From contig NC_043005.1 in NCBI RefSeq assembly GCF_006345805.1, forward strand, positions 89,280,001 through 89,344,000: a stretch of DNA of 64,000 bases, written 5' to 3'. The notes under the pieces are model-generated. The model was not told where the DNA came from. It did no database searches and worked only from the letters and a program-made list of their open reading frames with translations. How positions within the stretch are numbered: the first letter of the stretch is position 1; each line of letters opens with the position of its first letter. This document shows, one piece after another, positions 53,039 to 64,000 of the stretch. The position numbers and the translations under genes are program-made. This stretch comes from Octopus sinensis (lineage: Eukaryota).

Positions 53039-53387
53039 CAAACTTGGGCACCAAACCATTACACCATTAATTGTTAGTTAACAAAGCTAACATTTTTTTA
53101 ATGATTTAACTTTTAAGTTAACTTTGGAAATCATTATCAGACTAATTAACTTGAGTTAATGGAAGTTAATTAGTCTGTTAATTTCAATTGAATTGAAGTT
53201 AATGAATTCTATAATTTTGGCACTTTTTAAAGGAGTTTTTAGGTGGTTTTAGAGCAAAAACTGATTTTTTTTTCTATAATAAAAATGAACGTGAGCAATT
53301 TATCGATAACTTTTGTTACATTAGGAAATAATTAACTAATTAACAGATATTGAAGTTAACTTTTCGATTAATGATTGCCCACCTTTG
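53039..53387. mobile_element. hAT-type non-autonomous DNA transposon
   Basis: Imperfect TIRs caaacttgggca / tgcccacctttg; exact 8-bp TSD ATAAATAT (53031-53038 and 53388-53395); internal repeated agttaa(c) motifs. Confidence 0.8.
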
Positions 53388-53954
53388 ATAAATATGCATA
53401 TATTTTGGTAGATTTGAATACATCAACTTGTACAAGATTTGTGGAAATAGGTAAAACACTTATTGTAGAAAATACCAATGTAGAATAATGAATAACTGAC
53501 ATCTTGCTGTGTAATATTTGAGGAATGAGAAACATAATTGCCTTATTCTCTTGTTATTTTCACATCTTTAATTACCTCCTCATACTTTTATTAACAACTT
53601 TCAGCATGAACATGATTCTACTATATCCCCAACTGTTCATACATACAAACCAAAATGTTGTAATTACCACAGACTCTAGTAAAACATCCACCATCATTAC
53701 TGACGGCTTGGGTCCTCTAATAACAATAATAGTAGTGGTTTCAAATTTTGGCACAAGGCCACTAATTTTGAGGAACAGGGTTGGTCAATTATATTGACCC
53801 CAGTGATCAAGTGGTAATTATTTCATTGACACCCACCCCACCAGAGCATCAAAAGCTGAGTTAGTCTTGGTAGAATTTGGACTCAGGAGGTAAAGCCAGA
53901 TGAAACGCTGCAAAACATTTTGTCAAGCTTGCCACCTTAATAGATGCAGTATGA

Positions 53955-54522
53955 GGCATGCCCTGATGCAGTACCAGGCAGTGGCTCTCATGGCTTCTGA
54001 TCTTAACTGATTGGAAGTGTTATCATGTACATTGTTTTGTCTTGGTATAAAAGATGGGCTACAGCAAATATTCTGCTCAATACCACAGATTTGCTTGTCA
54101 GTTGTTTGGCCTTAACCAGTTGAGCATGTCCCTTAGTGGCTGACAATATGTGCATCTCTGATCACAAGCAGAAGTAGTGGGGGAGCAAAATAGCTATGTG
54201 TTGAGAGGGATTCTTTGGGGTTTGAATAATTCACCTCTGGAAACATGAGTGTTTCGTTCAACATCCTTAAACAACCCTTATTCAGGGACCTTTTGAGTGG
54301 GATGGGTTACTTGACCAGAAAAAAATTCTAACTGAGCCCCACCCGCAAGGTCATGTGCTGTTTATCTTGATATGAGATCTCCATGTCGTGCACATATGGT
54401 TGTGATGCATGTGCCTGGTGTACCCTTATCAGATAGGTAGTCATGATGGGCATACTGGGCTTCGTATGTTTCACCCCGGTGTCACTTTGATGGCATGCAC
54501 TGCTCTCTCACTCAATAATAAT
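53955..54522 (+). repeat. Unclassified interspersed repeat with (AAT)n tail
   Basis: Its 3' ~180 nt recurs at 46290-46462 (gcaagg.catg...gtcactttgatggcatg). Confidence 0.55.
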
Positions 54523-54820
54523 ATGAAATAGCCCAGCTATGGAAAATGAAGACGGTGAAGACAGTACCGGTAATTGTTGGGCCTTTAGGAACAGTATTAG
54601 AAGGCATCAAGGGGAATATAAAGGAAATTGGAAAAGAGTGCCCAGTAGAATTGTTACAAAAGGTTTGCCTCCTTGGACTGGCCAGAATAATCAGGAAAGT
54701 ATTAGATAGCTGAAAAGAATGGATAGCATGGTACCCTAGGCTGCAGGCAGCAAACCTGCTATGCATGCAAGACTCCAAGAGTTCCAACAAAACCTCTGAT
54801 AAAACAGAAATAATACTAAT
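54523..54820 (+). mobile_element. R4/Dong-like RLE C-terminus and 3' UTR
   Basis: EIAQLWKMKTVKTVPVIVGPLGTV...LLQKVCLLGLARIIRKVLDS*; its UTR matches 46506-46563. Confidence 0.72.
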
Positions 54821-56139
54821 ATCAAATTTTGACACAAGGCCAGCAATTTGGAGGGGGGAGTGTGTAAGTCTCTTACACTGACCCCAGTACGCAACTGGTA
54901 CTTACTTTATTGACCCCTAAAGGATGAAACACAAAGTCGACCTTGATGGAAACTGAACTCAGAATGTAATGACAGATGAAATACCGCTAAGCATTTTGCC
55001 TGGCATGCTAACAGCTCTGCCAGTCTGCTACTGCCTTAGTAGTAGTAGTAGTGTGGTGGACCAGGGAAATCATTTTTAAAGTGGGAGGTAAATTCATAAG
55101 GAAGAGAGAGAGAGAGATGGAGAAAGGGGGGGAGTGGAAGGAGGGAGGGGAAGAGAAAGAGAGAGATGTAAAGAACTTCCATTAGAATAGGAAACACAAA
55201 AGTGAAACCCAAAAACCTAAAGAAGTACTCAATACCTGTTTAAATAGGTATTATTTACTGCTTTAAAAAGGAAATGAAAACATGCAATGAAAAAAAGAAT
55301 ACAGAAAAATAATATTAATTCTTTGTATTTATTCTTTATTATTTGTTGGTTTTCATATTTCTTTTAGATCATCATCATCATTATTAAGGCAGTGAGCTGG
55401 CAGAATTTTTGGGTCAATAAAGTAAGTACCGGTTACATACAGGGGTTGATATAATCAACTAGCAGCCTCCTCAGATTTTCAGGCCTGTTGTTGTAAGGCA
55501 GCAAGCTGGCAGAATTGTTAGCATTCTGGACGAAATGCTTAGCAGTATTTCATCTGCCTTAATGATCTGAGTTCAAATTCCACCGAGGTTAACTTTACCT
55601 TTCATCCTTTTTGGGTCTAGAAATTAAGTACCAGTGAAACACTGGGGTTGATGAAATCGACTAGTCCCCTTCCCCAACATTTCAGGCCTTGTGCCTATAG
55701 TAGAAAGTATTATTATTGTTGCTGTTGTTATTGTTGTCACCTTTATTTTGTTGTTGTGAAGCATTCTAATCAGGGAAATAGTGTTCCCAGATACATTACA
55801 ACCATATTGATCAGACAATCCTTCCCCCAGTTCTTCAGACTGGTCGGTGCTGTGTCATTGGCAAACAGTATATATTGGTAATTCATTATTGGTTCCAGGT
55901 GGTTTTCATTCTCAAATTGAACCATTTTAAACACTCGTGCTTCATCCGATCTGGAGTGCAGTTCCATGACGGCAGGATAATATATCTGCTCATACAGCAA
56001 AAATTGTATTCGATAGACCCCTGAGGTCTGCTTAGGGACTTTGTAGCCTGGAGGTGGGGTGGGGAGAGAGAAAAAGACAAAAGCGTAACACAGAATGAGT
56101 GATGCAGAATGAACTATTTGTGAATATAATAAAATTGGA

Positions 56140-56352
56140 AGGAGGGGAAGGGAAAGAAGGAGAAGGGGGGAGGAGGGGGAGAAGAGAAGGAGGAGGAGGA
56201 GGAGAAGAAGAAGGGGGAACAGCAGCAACAGCAGTGGTAGCAGAAGAGAAGATAGAGGCAGAGCAGAAAAGAGGAGAAGAAGAAGAAGAAGAAGAAGAAG
56301 AAGAAGAAGAAGAAGAAGAAGAAGAAGAAGAAGAAGAAGAAGAATAAGAAGA
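56140..56352. repeat. Polypurine tract with (GAA)n
   Basis: Directly visible; source of the poly-E/S/F/L ORFs. Confidence 0.9.
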
Positions 56353-57209
56353 GGACAATGACAAACAACCAAGTAATTATGTTAATTGAAATGAGAGGCA
56401 AAATTGAAACGAGTGTTTACCTACATCATCTGATTTTTCTGTTGTTATACCTTGAAACTTCTTGGACTGAAAAGATTAGAATCAACAAATTGTTAGATTT
56501 GAGAAGATTCATAAGAAATCCTACAAACACAATATTTCACCATTCTTACACACCTAAAAGCAATGGAAGACACCTTTTCAGCAAAAAGAAAACTTTAAAA
56601 TTTTATGAATTTTTCCACCCCCCACCCCATTCTTCTCCTACTCAGTACCAACTTTGGCCAATTTTTTTTTTTTTCACTTTGCACTACACACTTAAAAACG
56701 ATGGGAGAAGCCTTGATGATTAAAAAAAATAAGAAAATTTTGGAAATTGGCAATCACCATTATAATCCGCATTTCTTTTACTTTCAAACACAAAATTAAA
56801 TGTAATTTTAAAATAGTGAAATTTTTACCATAACAAAAGTAAAAAATGAAAAGCAGACAAATAGGGTGAGATCTTTTCTGTTACTATCACAAATTTTGAA
56901 GTTTTAAAATTAAATGAAAATCTTCAAATTTGGTTTATTGATGTACTTTATCATGCTGAATCTAAGTTTGTCATTCATTTACTCCAGAAAATATTTAGAA
57001 AAATTTTACAGGGGTTTCAAGTTAATTTTTACCCAATCAGAAAACAAGATTGAGAAGCTAAGCATTTTGTGAGGGATAAGCTGTATATCATGAAATGTAA
57101 GTAGACGTTAGTTGACAAGGTTTTCAGAAAAGAATGGAAGTTCTGCATGAGAGTTAATACATATATAGAGAAGGAGTGAGTGTCAAAGGGTATGGTAAAT
57201 ATATATAAA

Positions 57210-57799
57210 CTAGCAGCTAAACCCGGTTTCACCCGGTCAGTTTGGATGATGTGGCTGTAAAACCTGCTCTGTGTAAGCATTCGACTTGTTTGGGCGCACT
57301 TACATTAAAAAACAATTTTAGAATGACTTTTTTCTGTCAAAACTCTAAAAATAACTGACCAACAAAAAAAAAACAACCAAGATTCAACCAAATCAAAAAT
57401 AAACCCAGATACTAAGCGAACAAAGATGAAGCATTCTACTTCCATTGTGTGTGCGCGCGCACACACACACACACACACATTCACATACCCTCCCCCCATT
57501 TTACATAAACCCACATATATTCACACAGAGTTGAAACACTGTTTGATTTATTTTTTCAGCATACAGTTTCCATCATCCCACTACCAAGCATGACATCACT
57601 CCTTCCTTCCTTATTCATCTATCACCCTTTCCTTTCTCATTCATAAACACAAAAGTATTATTATAGTAGATTATCTCGTTAACCATGGGAGCTATGAAAA
57701 AATGCAAAGCCCAGCCTCGCCACCAGATCATTCTACACGTCAGTGTAATTTTTTGCACAATTCCACCCAGCCGTTTGATCATGAATCCCAAGACAAATC

Positions 57800-57839
<40 letters not shown>
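57210..57839 (-). mobile_element. Non-autonomous Helitron-like element
   Basis: Minus-strand 3' end has a ccgggtgaaaccgg hairpin about 10 nt before CTAG|T; the same terminus occurs at 30684-30733(+). The 5' boundary is uncertain. Confidence 0.6.
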
Positions 57840-57841
<2 letters not shown>

Positions 57842-58431
57842 GTGATAGATAGAGAGGAGAGTTGTTGATCTAAAAGATGAGTTATTTCTTATTGCAAGTT
57901 ATATCTTTTTATTAGAGCCTGGTGCAGCCTCCTGGCTTGCTAGCCCTCAGTCAAACCGTCCAACCCATGCCAGCATAGAAAGCAGACGTTAAACGATGAC
58001 GACGATGATGATGACGATGATAATGATGATGGACAACGTTGTCTTTGGGACACAGATTTTTAAAAAATCAAATTCGTTTTTCTCAAGGATGCACAGCATG
58101 GACTAAACATAAGAAGAGGATGCACACGGATGGAAGACTCACTGAAGAGGTCACAGATGTGTAACAAAAGATTTCCAGACAACGGACATAAGAGAACAGT
58201 AATAAATGAGTGGAGAATGAATATATAGTGTGTGTGTGTTTATTTGGTAAAAAAAGTATATATATGTATGCATATATGTACGTATGTATATGTATATATA
58301 TATACACGCACATTGGTTTGTGTGTGCACATGTCATTGTTCAGTTTTATTTCAAGATTTCTTGCCAATAGAGAAAGAGCCAGTTTCTAACCTAGATCTAA
58401 GGCTCCTTCATTGGAATTTCAACATCAACAT

Positions 58432-58493
<62 letters not shown>

Positions 58494-59124
58494 TTGTATG
58501 TATGTATGTATGTAGGATACATGAACCATATGAAGTCACATGAAAATTGTAATGCCCAGATAGGTAATGATCTTCGACACCAACTGCCTCTTACGACTTG
58601 TCATATGTCAAAAAACTTGTAAGACAATATCTGGACTTAAAAGACACATGCTAGTTCACAAAAACACTCCTTCAGAATCAGATTCCAAAGGGCAAAGATG
58701 TATAAAAGATTTGAAGAATATCCGTCACTTGTCTTTTTAAACTCTGTCAGTCTGCAGCTGGCCTTAAAAGTCATCTAAGGGCTTGTCAATGGAGTGATTG
58801 TGCTGTGTGATGGGGTGTTGCGTGTGTGTTGATGGGAGGGCTATCATCTCCCAAGATGAAGCAATCATCATGTATGATTGCTTGTATGTATTGTGCGTGT
58901 GTGCATGAATCAGTGCATATTTCTGTTAACTCAAGCATGAGTTACTGTGCATGAAACATGCTTTATACTTACTGAGATTCCTGTCTTCATCCAATGTAAC
59001 CAGACCCACTTAGAATCTGGAATTCTATCTGGACTGATCATAATCAAGATATATTTTTTTTCTTCATGTTTTGGAACTCTCTGAAGGAAAACAATCAAAA
59101 GAAAAGCATGAATTATATATATAT

Positions 59125-62100
59125 GACTTCAATGGACATGTTGGACGGCACGTCGGGGGCTTCCATGGTGTACATGGAGGCTACGGTTTTGGTTCTCGCA
59201 ATGAGGAAGGAACCAGGCTGCTGGAGTTCTGCAATGCAAATGACCTTATGGTTTGCAATACCAACTTCAGGAAACCCACCTCTCACCTAGTCACCTACCA
59301 TTCTGGCAGACACACTAGCCAGATTGACTACATCCTCGCCAGAAAGAGGGAAAGAGGGCTGCTTATAAATGCCAAAACCTCCCCAGGCGAAGAATGCACT
59401 CCTCAACATAGATTAGTAGTTAGCAACTTCAGGATCAGGGCTAAATGGTTGCCCAGAAGACCTGCTTGGAGGAGAAGGGTCTGGAAGCTTAAAGATCCTG
59501 CAAATGGACAGAGATTTAGAGACGTACTACTCAAAGTCTTCGATGAAATAGAAGGGGATATAGCTTCACATAACATGGAAGAAAACTGGAAGTTTCTACG
59601 GGACAATCTACTGACAGCTACTGACCAGATCTGTGGATGGAGCAAAGTCCCATCTCGACCCAGGGTAACGTGGTGGTGGAGCAATGTTGTTGACAGGGCT
59701 ATTAGACAAAAGAAACAGGCTTGGAAGGACTGGAAGAACGGTGGTAGCAGGGAAGTGTATCAGACTGCCAGAAGGGAAGCTAGGAGACAGGTTTATTTAG
59801 CCAGAGGGGAAGCAGATAAGAAAAAATTTGCCAATGTTCTGCGCCGTGAGGACCAAACACTTGAGGTATTTTGTGTTGCAAGACAGTGTGTGAGAGAGAA
59901 TCGTGATGTGGTAGGAGAAAAATGTGTTCGCATGGATGATGGTTCACCTGCGCTAAATGAGGATGCAAAGAGAGAGGTTTAGCGATGCCACTATGAAAGG
60001 TTGCTGAATGAGGAAAATGAATGGGATAAAGAGAGTCCGCCGAATGTCGACCCAACAGAGGGACCAGCTATCCGAGTTGACAGTTCTTTGGCAGTTAAGG
60101 CAATTAGAAGCATGAAGACAGGGAAAGCCCCAGGCCCATCAGGAATTACTGCAGAGATGCTCAAAATATCTGGCAGTGTCGGCTATAGCCAAGTCACCCA
60201 TATAGTTAACCAGGTGATACACGAAGGAGTCATACCCAATGACTGGTGTAGCAGCATAATAGTCAACTGCTACAAAGGTAAAGGTGACGCTTTAGATACA
60301 CATAATTACAGAGGTATCAAGCTGTTGGATCAGGTAATGAAGGTTATGGAGAGGGTCATAGCCCAACTGATTAGGGAGAGAGTCAGCTTGGATGAGATGC
60401 AGTTTGGCTTCGTGCCAGGGAAAAGCACCACTGATGCTATATTTCTGGTAAGACAGCTGTAGGAGAAATACCCAGCCAAAGATAAGCCTCTGTACCTGGC
60501 TTTTATTGACATGGAGAAAGCCTTTGACAGGGTCCCCCGATCCCTTATCTGGTGGTCAATGAGGAAACTAGGGATGGATGAATGGTTAGTGAGAGCTGTA
60601 CGAGCCATGTACAGGGACGCTATTAGTAAGGTGGGGGTTGGCAATGAGTACAGTGAAGAATTCCAAGTAGAGGTTGGGGTCCACCAAGGTTCAGTCCTCA
60701 GCCCCCTCCTATTTATCATAGTCCTCCAAGCAATAACGGAGGAATTCAAGACAGGTTGCCCCTGGGAGCTCCTCTATGCTGATGACCTAGCCCTAATTGC
60801 TGAGTCACTATCAGAACTGGAGGAGAGGTTTCAGGTGTGGAAGCAAGGATTAGAATCGAAGGGCCTTAGAGTCAACCTAGCTAAAACCAAAGTCGTAATA
60901 AGTAGGAAGGTAGACAAATCACAAACACCTTCAGGTAGATGGCCCTGCTCGATCTGTAGAAAAGGCGTAGGTAGAAACTCTATAAGATGCACCAAGTGTA
61001 AGCTATGGACACATAAGATGTGCAGCAATGTCAAAGGAAGGCTAACTAGGAAGATAGTTTTTGTGTGTGGCAGATGGTCAGGAGCAATAAACACTGAAAA
61101 TACGCAGAGACCATCTTCCGCCACATTCCAGGGAGAAAAACTAGAAATAGTTGATAGCTTCCGTTACCTAGGTGACCAAGTCAGTAGCGGGGGTGGGTGT
61201 GCTGAAAGCGTAACTGCTAGAGTAAGAATAGCCTGGGCAAAGTTCAGAGAGCTCTTACCTCTGCTGGTGACAAAAGGCCTCTCGCTCAGAGTAAAAGGCA
61301 GATTGTATGACGCATGTGTACGAACAGCCATGCTACATGGTAGTGAAACATGGGCCGTGACTGCTGAGGATATGCGTAAGCTCGCAAGAAATGAAACCAG
61401 TATCCTCCGATGCATGTGTAATGTCAGTGTTCATACTCGACAGAGTGTAAGTACTTTGAGAGAAAAGTTGGACCTAAGAAGCATCAGTTGTGGTGTGCAA
61501 GAGAGACGTTTGTGCTGGTATGGTCATGTGGTGAGAATGGATGAAGATAGTTGTGTGAAAAAGTGCCACACCCTAGCGGTTGAGAGAACCTGTGAAAGAG
61601 GTAGACCCAGGAAAACCTGGAACGAGGTGGTGAAGCACGACCTTCAAACTTTAGGTTTCACCGAGGAAATTACTAGAGACAAAGACCATTGGAAGTATGC
61701 TGTGCGTGAGAAGACCCGGCAGGACAGGTGAGGCTATAATCCCATGGCCTCTACCTGGGATGTAGCCAGCCCACTTATGCATTCCTTTCCTTCTTGGGAC
61801 ACAAAACTCCACTTATGAAGACCTGTTGAGGCAAGTGAAAATCAAAATCAAAATCAAAATCGTAATCTATCAACATCAGTGGAATTTGTAGCTGTGATAC
61901 CAGTGCCAGTGGCACGTAAGAGAACCATCTGAACATGGCCGTAGCCAGCACCACCCTGACTGGCTTCCGTGCCGGTGGCACGTAAAAAGCACCATCTGAC
62001 CGTGGCCGTTGCCAGCTCCGTCTGGTCTCTGTGCCGGTGGCACGTAAAAAGCACCATCCGATCGTGGCTGTTTGCCAGCCTCATCTGGCACCTGTGTCGG

Positions 62101-62285
62101 TGGCATGTAAAAAGCACCCACTACACTCACGGAGTGGTTGGCGTTAGGAAGGGCATTCGGCTGTAGAAACACTGCCAGATCAGACTTGGCCTGGTGCAGC
62201 CTTCTGGCTTCCCAGACCCCAGTTGAACCGTCCAACCCATGCTAGCATGGAAAGCGGACGTTAAACGATGATGATGATGATGATA
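59125..62285 (+). mobile_element. RTE-clade LINE, 5'-truncated and inactive (APE endonuclease, RT, PHD-like finger, 3' UTR, (GAT)n tail)
   Basis: One frame across ORFs 59071, 60001 and 60511 with in-frame TAG at 59980 and 60460. Motifs DFNGHVG, SQIDYIL, KAPGPSG, NYRGIKLL, DMEKAFD, GVHQGSVLSPLLF, LLYADD, FRYLG, HGSETW, RGRPRKTW. Confidence 0.95.
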
Positions 62286-62857
62286 TATATATACACACAC
62301 ACACACAAATAATGAAACCTTCCTAGATTCTTAACCAAGAGTTGAAACCTAACCTTCATTTTTCTACCAGTTGGTTTTCTATTCTCCATAATTGCACTCA
62401 GAAATTTAAGAGAGCCAACTACCACACTTTGTTACAGTTCCATTGTTTGAGTTAACATTCTGCAATTAAATATGGTTGAGGCAGGCAATAGACAGAAAAT
62501 TCTTTATCTAGTCTGACTTAACAGGAAATATAAATATGGAACACAAATTTGGTTCTTCCTTCTTTTATTTGGTACCAATGGAGGAAGCACCTCATACAAG
62601 GGCCTACATAACGTTCACACTCTCTGCTTGCGTAAATTCTTTTTCCCTGTCTCTCTCTCTCACTTCAGCTTGTTCTTCTGGCAATCAATAACAGTTGACA
62701 AGATGGAGAATAGAACCAAATTCTTGTACAATTCAAAGAAGCTCTATCTTACATTGTAACAATGAAAATAAGATCCATTTCAACAGTGTTTTTCTGTTTG
62801 TAATTTCTTTGCTAGATATTATTGTTATATATACATATATATGCATATGTATATGCC

Positions 62858-62907
<50 letters not shown>

Positions 62908-62926
62908 CGTTTTTATGGATTTATTA

Positions 62927-62971
<45 letters not shown>

Positions 62972-63236
62972 TTCGATCCCAGTACCACCTGACTGGCCCT
63001 CGTGCTGGTAGCACGTAAAAAGTACCCACTACACTTTTGGAGTGGTTGGCATTAGGAAGGGTATCCAGCTGTAGAAACTTTGCCAGATCAGATTGGAGCC
63101 TGGGGCAGCCTTCTGGCTTGCCAACCCTCAGACAAAGTGTCCAACCCATTCCAGCATGGAAAGCAAACGTTAAACAATGACGACGATGATGATGATATAT
63201 ATTAGATAAACATGTATGTATGTATGTATGTATGTA

Positions 63237-63271
<35 letters not shown>

Positions 63272-64000
63272 ATGCATGCATGTATCTATGCATGTATGTA
63301 TGTATGCATGTATGCATGCATGCATATAGATGTGTATGCACATACACATATTCCGAACTCCTCCCCCGCCATATATATAGGTGTGTATACATATATATAT
63401 TGCATATCGTATATGTATGTATATGTGCGTGTGAAGACTTGCTTCTATAATGATCGCCAGTCACATATCTCTCACTGCCCTGCCAGAGTATAATTGTCTC
63501 TCCCTTGTCTTCTCGTTTGTCGTTGTTTACCGATCACAACTTGTGTTAATTTTTGCCTCAAAATATTCGAATTGAACCTTGGTGCTTCTCTCTTCTACCG
63601 AGCAACTACAAAAAGTGGAAAATTTTGTCTGTTCCTCGGCGTACCATATGACGTTTAACTGAATCTATCTCACGTTCTTTCAGACTTTTGTACTCCAATC
63701 TTACCATCACCCTTTTGTACGGGAACACAGCCACACACACATGAAAAAGAAAACCTTTTTACAATGAGTCAAACAGATTTTAAACATGTTTTCTTTGAAC
63801 GAACAATTTCTTCTGCTATGACAATTCTTATTTATCTTTTATGACAGTTTTGTTTTTTATTTATCTTTGAAATTCTATCCATTTTGCGGATGAAAGAATG
63901 AAAGTCAAAATCGACCTTGACTTTGCCTTTCATCCTTTCAGGGTCGACCACTGGGTTCTTCCACCTTATTGACTTCTCCCTCCCTTCAAAATTGCTGGCC

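Noticed and set aside
55770-56401. ORFs with poly-L/S/F/E up to 200 aa
   Set aside because: Produced by the (GAA)n polypurine microsatellite.

Overview
AT-rich, repeat-dense eukaryotic DNA. The repeat content (tRNA-derived SINEs, RTE LINE 3' ends with (GAT)n tails, abundant microsatellites) suggests a coleoid cephalopod such as Octopus; this is an inference. The window holds the 3' part of one + strand gene, an ITPRID/SSFA2(KRAP)-family IP3-receptor-interacting protein. I traced 11 phase-consistent GT-AG coding exons from 1102 to the stop at 43291, about 869 aa in this window, with the start codon lying upstream. The rest is transposon-derived: RTE LINEs carrying a PHD-like finger, Penelope and R4/Dong remnants, three SINE families, piggyBac- and hAT-type MITEs, and Helitron ends. 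Best leads: (1) Penelope-derived palindromes that pair a tRNA-like Pol III cassette with a minimal hammerhead ribozyme; (2) an open intronic read-through that would give a short IP3R-binding isoform ending in a class I PDZ ligand (ETLV*); (3) RTE insertions flanked by (TA)n with differing 3' UTR modules; (4) several long intronic hairpins near exons. Repeat boundaries were set by eye and are approximate.
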